Source: Rhizophagus irregularis | Lineage: Eukaryota | NCBI RefSeq assembly: GCF_026210795.1 | Contig: NC_089430.1 | Span: 5,022,001 to 5,086,000 of the forward strand | Reading direction: 5' to 3' | DNA length: 64,000 nt | Part shown: piece by piece, positions 25,595 to 37,751 of the stretch | Layout of the letters: each line of letters opens with the position of its first letter | How positions within the stretch are numbered: the first letter of the stretch is position 1 | Notes under the pieces: model-generated | The model's database searches: none | Seen by the model: only the letters and a program-made list of their open reading frames with translations | What the model was told of the DNA's origin: nothing | Program-made: the position numbers and the translations under genes

Positions 25595-26547
25595 ACTACA
25601 ATGTTATCACTTTTTTTTTGTGTAAATAAAAAGAGAGATTATTTCTTTGAGAATTTATTAATCAAAAGAACTACAGATTAATATTTATCTCATTTGAATA
25701 AATATATCAAATTAATATATATATGGTGTCTCAGATAACGATTTGCGTCAGGTGATAACTGATATCGTTTATTAATGAAATTACTTTTTATTCTATAAGT
25801 AAATTTGTATATCGAACGTAATAAACTATGAAATTTGATACTTATTTGATTCATATGCTATAGTAAATTTACAAAAAACTTGGAGTTTCCCGTGAGTTTG
25901 AGTCCAAACAATCTTTTAATGTGATAAATAAATTTATTAATAACAAAGAAATTATAAAATTTAATTTCCAATTATACCTTAATCTTATGTGACATGTGAC
26001 GCACGTCAGTTACAGTATCTTTAGCTGTAATTCACATATTAAAGCAATTATAAAATTAATACCGTAAAATTCTAATCAACGTTACATCAACTAAAAAAAG
26101 TTGCATCTCAATTAGTTATTGAATAACACAAAAATTACTCCTCATTATCAAATCTATCTAGTTTTATAAATTTTTTATTTAATTAATAAACTTAGAAAAT
26201 ATATATAAAATAAACAATATAAATAAACTAAATAATAATATCTTCACAATTTAAAATCCTTCTTAATGTCATTCCTAATCAATTAATCCTATTGGAATAA
26301 TTATCGAGGTGTAAATTTGTAAACAATATTTTTTTCAAAGCCCTCCAATATACGGAATTTTAAACTATATTGACGGAAAAATTCAAATGAAGATATAAAA
26401 ATCATTACTTTGCAATTAAAATGTCAAACAGAATATACTTGTTTTACCATTTCCGATCTAAATAAATAAAAATAAACAAAAAAATTAACTGATTATGCAT
26501 AACAAACATTGCTATAATAAATGTAAGTTTAAATATTACCATCTTCA

Positions 26548-29500
26548 TTAAATGTTTAGTCGAGAAATACCAATTTGCTGAGAAATATTAATTTGCTGAA
26601 AAATATCAATTTGCTGAGATAATGATGCTAATTAATAAATAAAGTTTCCATTAATAATTTTACAACTAATTTAAATACTCTTTAATAACCATTACCTGAA
26701 GATTCCATGCTAATTATATCATCGTTTTGATTATCATAATAATCGACAGAATTTTTTGGTTCAGGAAGATTATTAAAATTAAGCAATCTACTGGTATAAA
26801 TATCTTCTGAATGTGTTTTATGCGATAATCCTAAGTTGGTTGAAGGTGCACTACTGACCGCCAAATTCTTATTGATATTTTCTGCTTCTCTAGTTTGTTT
26901 TTGTATTTCTGTATAATTATCAGTTACATAATGATTTTTAAACATAGTAAATAATTCTTCAGACCATTGACTTAAGATTTTTTTGATTTCTTCTGCTTTT
27001 GGTCGACTTAACGGATTTGAATCTAAGCATCTTTTAATTAAACGGACAATTAATTGTGGTACTTTGATATTAAACCTTGGTCTAAGTCCTTTACAAATTC
27101 TTATTGCTAAATTATGATCATGATTTACATCATGATATGGAGGTAATTCAGAAATTACTTCATACATTATAATACCAAAACTATAAATATCTGAGGCTTT
27201 GGTATAATTTTGTCCTCGTAAAATTTCAGGAGCCATATAAGCCAAAACACCATATGTACTATTTTTTGTGTTTTCTGATGCATCATAGTCTGCAGGTTTA
27301 CATAATCCCATATCAGTTATACAAGTGAGATCTTTGAACCTTAGTATATTGCCAATATGTAAATCTCGATGAATTAATTCATTTTTATGAATACCTGCAA
27401 GCCCTCGTGCAATGCTATGTAAATAATTAATTTTATCATTAAGATATAATTTGGTATGATTTTTATTTAAATAATTTCGTAAATCTCCATCTTCTGCAAA
27501 ATCTAAAACCATAGCATAATTTTTTGTTTCTGGATCTTGAGTTATTCCATAAAGTTTAACAATACACCTACCCAAATTTACTTTACAATGTGATATAATC
27601 TAAAATAAAATGCATATATATTAGCAAAATTAAAATATCTACAAATTTTCAAATAATAAAATTTGTTACCTCATTCATAAACTCCAATGTAACATTTTTT
27701 GAATTATTCAAACTTTTTAAAGCCACCAACATATTTTGATTCTTTCTTCTCCAATTTTGATTTTCATCATCCCATTTATCTATACATCCATCAATCCAAT
27801 TAGCCTTATAAACTTTGCCAAATCCACCTTTTGCAATATATTTAATATCATAAAATCTATCATAAGGTACCCATTCCAATGCATGGCATGTATAATAACT
27901 ATGATTTGATAGCTGGATATCTTGAATAAATCCATCAATATCGCTATTACCACTTGTCCAATTATTGAAATTATGTTGAAAATATATTGCATTACACACT
28001 TTTTTACATTTTTCACATAAATCTCTTTGAACAAGCATATAATTTTGCGTTTCTGGATCTTGGGTTATTCCATAAATTTTAACAAATCCTATACTCTGCA
28101 ACTGAAATAAATAACATTGAATATATTAGTAATAATTAAATTTTATAAATTATACTAAATGAAAATAACTTTAGTACCTTATTCATTATAAATTTTGATT
28201 CAATAGATTTTGGATTAGTACTTAAATTATTTAAACTTACAAACATATTTTGGTGTTTTCTTTCCCAATTTTGACTTTCCTTATTCCATCGGTTTATATA
28301 TCCATCAATCCAACTTGCTCTATATACTTTATTACTATTTTTTGTAATACATTTATTAATATTATAAAATTTATTATAAGGTATCCATTCTAATACTTCT
28401 GATAATTGATAGGCTTTATGTAATGATAGTTGAGAATCTTGTATAAATACATCAATAATGTTATTGCCACTAGACCAATTTCCAAAATTTTGTTGAAAAC
28501 GTATTGCATTACATACATCATTACATATTTTACATGTTAAAACTACCATGTATTTTTCTGTTTCTGGATCTTGGGTTATTCCATAAACATTATAGGAACC
28601 TATAGTCTACAAATGAAATGGATGTACTAAATATAATAACAAAAATCAAAATATTTTATTAAATAATAGTACTAATTATACCTTATTTAATTTACTAACT
28701 TTTGAAATGTCTGAACTTTTCAAAATCATAGATATATTTTGGTCTTTTCTTTTCCAATTTTGATTTGTATAGTTCCCATAAACATTATATATAGAAACCT
28801 ATAATCTACAAATAAAATAGATGTATTGAATATAATAGCAAAAATCAAAATATTTGATAAATAATATTAATTATACCTTATTTAATTCACTAATTTTTGA
28901 AATATTTAAATTTTTCAAAATAATAGATATATTTTGGTCTTCTCTTATCCAATTTTGATTTACATAGTCCCATTTGTTTATATATCCATCAATCCAATTT
29001 GCTTTATATACTTTATTACTTTTTTTTGCAATACATTCAATATCATAAAATTTGTTATAAGGTATCCATTCTAATGCTCTTGATAATTGATGGGTTTTAT
29101 ATGATGATAGCTGAGAATCTTGAATAAATCCATCAATAATATTATTACTGCTAGTCCAATTTCCAAAATTTAGTTGAAAGTATATTGCATTACATACATC
29201 ATTACATTTTTTACATGTTAAAACCACCATGTAATTTTCTGTTTCTGAATCTTGAGTTATTCCATAAACTTTATAGCAACCTATAGTCTACAAATGAAAT
29301 AGATATATTTGAATATACCAACAATAATCAAAATATTTGAATAATAATATTAATTATACCTTATTTGTAAGTGTTAACTCACTAACTTTTGAAATATTTA
29401 AACTTTTCAAAATTACAACCATATTTTGATGTTTTCTTTTCCAATTTTGATTTTCATCATCCCATTCATTTACATATCCATCAATCCAACTTGTTTTATA

Positions 29501-30690
29501 TATTTTATCTTTTACAATACATTTAATATCATAAAATCTATCATGAGGGATCCATTCTAATGCATGGTATACGTAATAATTATGATCTAGTAATAGTTGA
29601 GTATCTTGAATAAATTTATCAACATAATTATTACCACTTGTCCAATTTTTGAAATTTCGTTGAAAATGTATTGCATTACATATATAATCACATTCTTCAC
29701 ATATATCTTTCTGAACCCTTATATAATTTTTTGTTTCTGGATTTTGAGTTATCCCTATTGTTAACTATAAGTATAATAAATTAATAAGAGGTATACTGTT
29801 TAAAAAATGATAAAATAACTTGCCTTGTTTACAAATTCTGATATATTATATTTTGGATCACTTAAATCTTTTAAAATTACAGACATATTTTGATCACTTC
29901 TTTGCCAATTTTGATTTTCTTTATTCCAATTATTTATGCATCCATCAATCCAATTTGCTCTATATACTTTATTATTATTTTTTACGATACATTCAATATC
30001 ATAAAATTTGTTATAAGGTATCCATTCTAATGCTTTTGATAATTGATAATTTTTATGTGATAATAGTTGAGAATTTTGAATAAATTCATCAATAATATTA
30101 TTACCACTAGTCCAATTTCCAAAATTTAGTTGAAAGTATATTGCATTACATATACTATTACATTGTTTACATGTTAAAACCACCATGTATTTTTCTGTTT
30201 CTGGATCTTGGGTTATTCCATAAACTTTATAGCAACCTATAGTCTACAAATAAAATTGATATGTTTGAATATATTAACAAAAATTAAAAATCTTATTAAA
30301 TAATATTAATTATACCTTATTTGTAAGTGTTAATTCACTAATATTTGAAATATTTAAACTTTTTATAATTACAACCATATTTTGATGTTTTCTTTCCCAA
30401 TTTTGATCTTTATCATCCCATTTATTTATGCATCCATCAATCCAATTTGCTTTATATACTTTGTCTTTTTCAATGCACTTAATATTATTAAATTTATCAT
30501 AAGGTATCCATTCTAACACTTTTTCCGCATCATCATTATGTTGAGTATTTTGGATAAATTTATCAATATCATTATTACCACTAGTCCAGTTTTTAAATTT
30601 TTGCTTAAACCGTTTTTCAAAACAAATTTTATTACATTTCATACATATCTCATCTGACTTGTTGAAGGCACCAATAATTTGAAAATCCAT
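26548..30690 (-). CDS. TKL-group protein kinase with 5 full and 1 collapsed degenerate N-lobe modules followed by a complete kinase
   Basis: Module exons at about 30690-30316, 30244-29824 (GC donor), 29764-29360, 29287-28877, 28798-28682 (39 aa) and 28606-28178. The intact N-lobe exon 28101-27670 has KGGFGKV/VALK. Kinase exon about 27599-26695 has HRDLHIGN, DMG and APE. The tail exon with QQIDI repeats ends in TAA at 26550-26548. Confidence 0.85.
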
Positions 30691-31537
30691 TTAAATAATA
30701 ATAAACGAATTCAGATTAATAAACAATTTGTTCTGAATTAAAAAGAAAAATTTCAATAGAAAATGAAAAAAACTCCAGAAAAAATATTATTTAAGTATTT
30801 AGGGCGAAGATCATCTAAATTGGTCAGTTAATCAGGCCTGTAATAGCTATTTCACGGGGAACTATGATTTTCATGGCGCACCGTGAAATAACTGGTTTAT
30901 ATCACGGTATCCGTGCCATAAAACCTTTTAATATAATTATTTTGACTAATAATTAGTCTTTTTACTCCATCTTTTAAATAAACCCGTGAGAATTTCAAGA
31001 AAAAACATCACTAAAAAGAATATAAAAATCTAGCTGCGCCTAGATTATTACATGCATTCTGCAGATCGGCGAATATTTATTGTTTTTTTTTTCTTCCTAG
31101 TAACTCTCTTTATTAGTATTGTAAGAAATTTGGTGCAAATCTACTTTAATATAATATAGACGTAAAAAATCTAATCAATAAAGTAACCTATCTATTAAAA
31201 TAACCTATTTAACGTGCAAAACTATTATTATTTTTTTTTATAAAAGGAACTTTACACATCTGTTAAAGAAAATTTAAGCTCTACCTTTTATTAAAATTCA
31301 TTAATTATTCTCAAACATATTATAAGAATATTTTCCAAAAAATTAAAATACATTATAAACTTCTCTAACTTTGAACTGAAATCGTAAAGAAGCTAAAGAC
31401 ATATTTCAATTTGATATTTTTAAGTCATCATAAAACGAATTGCTACAATAATGATAACTTGTATAAATTGCTAAACAAGAATTAGTGGCGCAAAAATCAA
31501 TACAGAATTCTGAATTTCAAGGCTTGCAAATTGCAAT

Positions 31538-32364
31538 TAGGGATGGAATCGGTTCAAAATGAGTCGACTCGAGTCGATTATGGAACCGATCTTTAAATTC
31601 TGGATTGAGTCATCTGACGATCACACACAAACTACCAATCAAAATTTTTCTGATTGATCATCATCACATGATCTACTTGTGTCTTAACAGTTAAACAAAA
31701 AAAAGCTTGGGCACGTAATATAAAGTGTTGGCGTCTAAATTTTGATTGGTTGATCTTGGTGTAACATTTAACTTCGAACAAAGACTTCTAATATTTAAGT
31801 AACTTTATCAGTTATACAGAGAATTTTAAAAACAAATACAGTATTATTCAATAAAAATATAATAAAACTATTTAAAACTTAAAAAATTTATTTTCTATTG
31901 ACTTTTTACTCTTTTTACTATAAAGTAACATAAAAATATACAAGTTTGTGATATTTATACAAAAAACGTCAAAATATATAAATTAATATATATAAATTAC
32001 TTTAATACTTGCTAAAACAAACTTTAAAAATTTCAAAGAAAAAAAACGCAAAATATTAATATTTATTTTTTATATTAATATATGTGATAAAAAGAAATAA
32101 ATAAAAAGAAAAGACAATATTTATATAATATAGGTTTCTAAGGTTTCCAAAAAATAAAATGTATAAAGAAATAGGTGAATGGGCAAGTTAATATTTGACG
32201 CGAGAAAAAAAAAATATTTATTATCGCATCAAACACAGCCACATCACGAATCACGTGCTCGAGCTTTTTTTTGTTGGTTACGCTGTGGAAGATGTGTCTT
32301 AAATTTGATGCACGTAGCTCATTTTTTTTATTTGTTAGAACCGACGAACCGATTTCCATCCCTA
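31538..32364. mobile_element. Non-autonomous hAT-like element, 827 bp
   Basis: TIR TAGGGATGGAATCGGTTC / GAACCGATTTCCATCCCTA. 8-bp flanks ATTGCAAT / CTTGCAAC. Confidence 0.8.
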
Positions 32365-33819
32365 CTTGCAACGTGCAGAGTCAGAACTAACCATTAATTT
32401 TTTTAATCATTCTTTTTTGTTTTTAAATTGTAATTTGTAAATATAACAAAAAAAAGAAATCTTTTGACTCGAGTGCACGTGATAAGTAATTCTGTTCAGA
32501 ACTATCGTAATGTAGGCCTGCATTACCGTTAGGGAAAATTCAGTAGACCAAAGTGCGAAGTTGGGCCAAAATTATAAACAACTTTGGTTCGCACTATGGC
32601 ATTAACTTGAGGGCATGTATGTTATTATCGTACGCATCCTAATTTTTTTATTTTGTGAAATTTTTGCGTTTAAAACATTTAAAAATTATATTGCAATACG
32701 TTGACTTAAATACATTGAAGTTCTGTATATTGAAGTTTTTGTATATTTCATCTATAAACAAATCCACGCACGAGTATATAAATATACTGTATAGATTACA
32801 ATTTCATAATTTACAACTTTATGGACATATACTGTATGTATATATATTTTTTAAAAAAAATAATAATAATAATGAAATCCAGTTAATGAACTAACTAACT
32901 ATACTGTTTAATTTAACTCACTCAGAATTAGAATTTTACTTAGAAAAAACAACTTTTTATCTAAGCATTTATTAATCTTTTTGACTAATCTAAAAATATA
33001 ATTTTTTGATATCTGGTAAACAATATTTAGTGAAAAAAGAGTTAACTTAGTTGCGCCAAAGTCTCATAAAAGTTCTGTTAAAAATATAAAATAAATAAAA
33101 ACTCGTATTGTTGCAAAATTTATTTCTATACGTGCTAAAAAATTTTTTTTTTTAAAAAAAAAATTAAAATTAAAATACTTAACACAATATAAATTGATTA
33201 TCTATTTCCTATAAAGAGCAATTTCAAGCATTTCTTTCAAATTTACAACCTTTTGAGCAGAGATTACGTACTTCAAACTTGCCCTGACTCGAGTTGGCTT
33301 GAGTTCTGGCTTGGGTTCTGATTCCGAGTCAAAAAAATTCTTAACTAATTTTACTTCATCCATGTATTACATACGTAGTAAACTGTGTAAATTAAAAAAA
33401 AAAATATTTTTTGCTTATTACACAGCAATTTAATGTCTTTATTGATACGATCAATTTCTTACAATCAAAATTATAAAGTATTAATTCTTAATAGTTTTTA
33501 TAATAAAGAATCTGGTATTATATTGAAGAGCAAATTTTCATAATGCAAGTTGCTCTTTAACCTATTTATAAGTGATGTAATGGATATTTTGAAATGGTTA
33601 TTTCATATTTCTCTAAAAAATTGATAGATTTATAGGGTAAATTCTATTGTATAAATAATGAAAAATTTTTTTTTTGCGTTTTTTTTTAACAAAAAGTAAT
33701 TTTATAAGATCAAACAATGGTAATACGAGGCTGCCATTGTTTAATTATGAGTTTATATTTGTTTTTTTTTAGATAATCGTCTAATGAATTATTTACTGGC
33801 GTTAGATAATATATGACAA

Positions 33820-36504
33820 CCCAGTAAATAGTTTTCGTATAAATTTATACCCTATATTTGTCTAAAATATACAAAATATCATTATTTTGTATTAAATTTA
33901 TGCCGATCCAAATCACATTAATAAAATGATTTTACTAAATCACGTTAAATTTGTACCAAAATCGATATTTAGGAATGAAATCATACCAAATTTATAATAA
34001 ATATTTATTTAAAATATTTTCAAAAATAAATTCCATATAAATTTACATATATTTTAATTATATATTTCGCATAAAATTATTTGACCATAATTTATACAAA
34101 TTTTGTATAAAATTTGTATTACTTCTTCTCTGCACTTGATAAACTTCCTTATACTTATGTATGTATATGAGCACATATATACATATCATTATTCATATTA
34201 AATATATATGTGTGATTATGAGCACATATAAGCACATCTGTTATTTATATCATTTAAAAATATAAAAAAAAAATTTCGGGAACCCAAAATTATGTATCAC
34301 GTGTATCATGTGATATTAAATTAATAATTACCGCAGCTTCAGCTGCGGTATAGTGAAAAAAAATTAAGCTTTTTTTGGCAAAGCTTAATTTTTTTTCTCT
34401 CTTTCACCTTTGCTTCCCCTCTCTTTCCTTTCACCCCCCTCTCTTTCACCCTTTCCCTTTTCCTTTCCCTCACTCCTATCCCTTCTTCCCCCTTTTTCCA
34501 CCCTTTCCCCTTCCCTCCTTTCAGAAAATAAAATGGTAAGTTTTGAAGGGTCGCTTCAAAACTTTTTTAGAAAATTTATTTTTTAAAAAAAAAATTAACT
34601 TTTTAGGAAACGTTTTCTAACGTTTCCTTTGTTTTTTTTGTAGCGGGAATTAGTTTAGGAGCTTGAAATGGTGAGTTTAACTCAAATTATATATTTTTTT
34701 ATTAGAAACGTTCTAACTGAACATTTCTTTCTTTTTTGTAGGTTTGGTTTCTGGGAATTTAGAAATTCAGAAAACAGTAAGTTTTGTACGTTTCACTACA
34801 AAACTTTCATTTTTCTTTTTCCTTTCTTTAAGAAACGTTCTAACTGAACGTTTCCTTTCTTTTTTGTAGGTCTTTTTAGGTGATTCTTTCAGTTTCCTTA
34901 AACACGAATTTGGTAAGGTATTCAATTTTTTTAACTATTTTTGTTAACAGTTTCTAACAGTTCATTACTTTCTTTTATCTAGATGGTTCTCTTTCTGGTG
35001 GGTAATTTTTTTTCATTAATTACTTTAATTTAATGAACTCTATTAATGGTTCATTTTTATCTTAGATTTTGCCGATTCTCTCAAGTGAGTGTCCATTTTT
35101 TTTCACTTTTTTATTTCTTCATATTCATTATTAACTTGATTTTCTTTTTTTTTTGTAAATTTCAGCTTCTCTTTAGGTTTTGGTAACTTTCAGTGTTATC
35201 TTTCTTTTTTAGATATTGCCGATTTTCTGGGTGAGTGTACAATTTTATTTTCATTTTATCTATTTGTCTTCATACTAATAATTAATCTTTCTTCTTTAGG
35301 TTTTGATATTTCTTTTTTTATATTTTAATGTCTCTTTTGTGAAAATAAAGGTGGGTTTTTTTATTGTTTGTTGTTTTTTTTGTAATCTTTGGTACTAAAC
35401 TACTAAACTTTCTTTTTTTAGATTTTGTCTTCGTTCCACCCTTCAAATGCATGGGATTTTGGTAAGAAATCGGACAATATTATGTTTCTATATATTTCTT
35501 TAATGAAACATATACTAACGTTTCAGTTTTTTCTTCTTTTAGAAGACCAAGTCTTTGGACGCGTAAAAACTTGGTAGGGTGGAGGAATTTTTTTGAACTA
35601 TTCTTTGAGAAACATTTATTAATGTTTCTTTCTCCTTTTTAGGTAACCTATTCTTTGAACTTCCGGATGTGGATTTTGGTGGGCATTTTTTTCTTAACTA
35701 TTTATTTTAATGAAATATTTTCAAATGTTTTAATTTTTTCTTCTTTTAGATGGTTCTTCTGGTCTCTCCAGATGCAGCATTTTGGTAAGATTGTCATTTT
35801 TTTCTTAAAATTTTTATTTTGACGAACATTTTCTAACTGTTCTCTTTTACTTTTTAGACAGTTCTTCAACTCTTTGGACGCGGGACTTCAGTGGGAGTAA
35901 TATTTTTTTGTTTTATTCCGTCTTTATTATGTCATTTAAAAACAGTTGCTAATTTATATTTTTTTCTTTTTTAGCAGCTTAGACACGGATCTTGGTGAGA
36001 AATCAACTCTCAGTTAGACGCGTGAGATAGGTAAGTTTCGAAAAAAAGGAATTTGAAACTTAGAAAAAGGTTTTTTTTAATTTTTTCCTTTTTTTTTTGT
36101 AGATTTTTTAACTTTTTCTTTTTTTAGGCATCGAATGCTTCTTTAGATGGATTTATACGGGATGTGAACTTTAGTATAGATTAATATTGATACAAAATAG
36201 ATTTAGATCTAGATAGTTAATACAATGAAGCTGTATTATAACTTTGAGTAAACTGTAATATTACTTTAAATAAACAATATTTTTAATTACATATTAAACA
36301 AATATAAATAAATTTGGTACATTTTTGGCAAATATTTGGCTTATGGATGGCTCAACATCAGCATAAATATAGTTAAAATTAGAATGAATTTGGAATTAAT
36401 TCAGAACGAATCAATTCAAATTTTGTGCCAAACGGGCTCATCCTTGTGTATTGTATATTTTAATATATATTTGGTACAAATTTATACAAAAACTATTTAC
36501 TGGG
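33820..36504. mobile_element. Non-autonomous CMC (CACTA/EnSpm)-like element, 2.7 kb
   Basis: 32-bp TIR CCCAGTAAATAGTTTTCGTATAAATTTATACC / GGTACAAATTTATACAAAAACTATTTACTGGG. 3-bp TSD CAA (33817-33819, 36505-36507). The CCCAG start fits the CMCWR consensus. No transposase. Confidence 0.8.
34500..36200 (+). ncRNA. Putative multi-exon non-coding (or highly degenerate) transcript inside the CMC-like element
   Basis: About 15 short exon-like segments bounded by polypyrimidine-YAG and GTAAG/GTGAG/GTGGG, with CTAAC-like branch points. Examples: 34644-34670, 34742-34776, 34870-34912, 34983-34997, 35066-35084, 35422-35461, 35543-35573, 35750-35784. Transcription is not demonstrated. Confidence 0.45.
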
Positions 36505-36942
36505 CAAATTATTAGAGGTTAAACAAACTTTTTGGAAAATTATGTTAAATAGTTTAGATAATTAATTAAGAAATTTTATATATTTTCATTTATTTTATCT
36601 AAATCTTTTTACTCAATATAAATATTATAATATAATTTATTTAACGTTATATTTTAACAATTTATATTTTTTGCCAACATTTATTATGAAAAATTATAAA
36701 TAAAAGTTTGATGACATTAAAATTTTAATTCTTTATTTGATTTGTTTACGTGGATTGCGCTTAATTTTTATTAAATTTCAAAATTTTATGTTTACATAGC
36801 TTTTACTCTTCAGCTGTAATCATAACTGCAAGTCCTTGGTTTTATCATTCTATTAATAATGTCGTCAAACTCGAAATAATAAATTATTTTTTTGTCACAC
36901 CTCATTTTATTTTGAGTATATAATCAATAAATTTAATATTTA

Positions 36943-37356
36943 CTAGCTGTAGCCTGTTGCGTTGCAACAGGATTAATTTACTAATATGCTCCTCTATAAA
37001 ATTTATAAATAAAATGGATAAGCCAACCTTATCTAAGGAACCAGACGACATTAAAACATCAAAAACGCCTAAAAAAAAAAAGAACTGACTACGATAATGT
37101 CATAATGATTAATGACCGAAAATAAAAGAGAAATGAAGTAAAAAAAGATGTTAGCAAAAATAAATAACAAAATGAAAAGAAATGAAAAGAACGAACAAAA
37201 AGGATAAGCTTACCTTGCCCAAGAAACCAGAAAAAAAAAAGAAAAAACAAAGAAACGCCCAGAAAAAGAAAAAATCATGTGCAAGCGCACATGTCCGCAC
37301 TACCAAAATCAGAAATTTACTTCATTATATTAATTTATGACTATATTAATTTATGA
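36943..37356 (-). mobile_element. Short Helitron-like non-autonomous element
   Basis: The minus-strand 3' end has hairpin CCTGTTGC-AAC-GCAACAGG followed by CTAG|T (36971-36942). Candidate 5' TC start at TCATAAATTAATATA (37340 or 37356). A similar hairpin occurs at about 61899-61917. Confidence 0.55.
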
Positions 37357-37751
37357 CTCTTATCATACTTTTGATAATTCTATGATATATTTTATTTTTA
37401 TTAGCCACTTTGAATCTGAAATTTGATGCATTTTTTCCCTTCAATTGCAATTCCTCGATTTACTCATCAATTGTGAAATATGATTGTATACTCGAAATAA
37501 TAAACAATTTTTTTTAAAAAAATGGTTCATTTAAATCCTTTTTGTATTAGGGTCAAATTATAAATTTATCAAGGTTTAAGGATATAATCAATGATTTTAA
37601 TAAATAAAAAATAAATAAATAAATATACAGTAATATAACAAGTGTACATTTAATTCTTACTCCCTTCTTCTGCTATAAACTATAATGATGGGAAATAAAG
37701 TATAAAAATATAAAATTTACAGTAATTAAAATTTAAGGAGTACTTGGTTAC

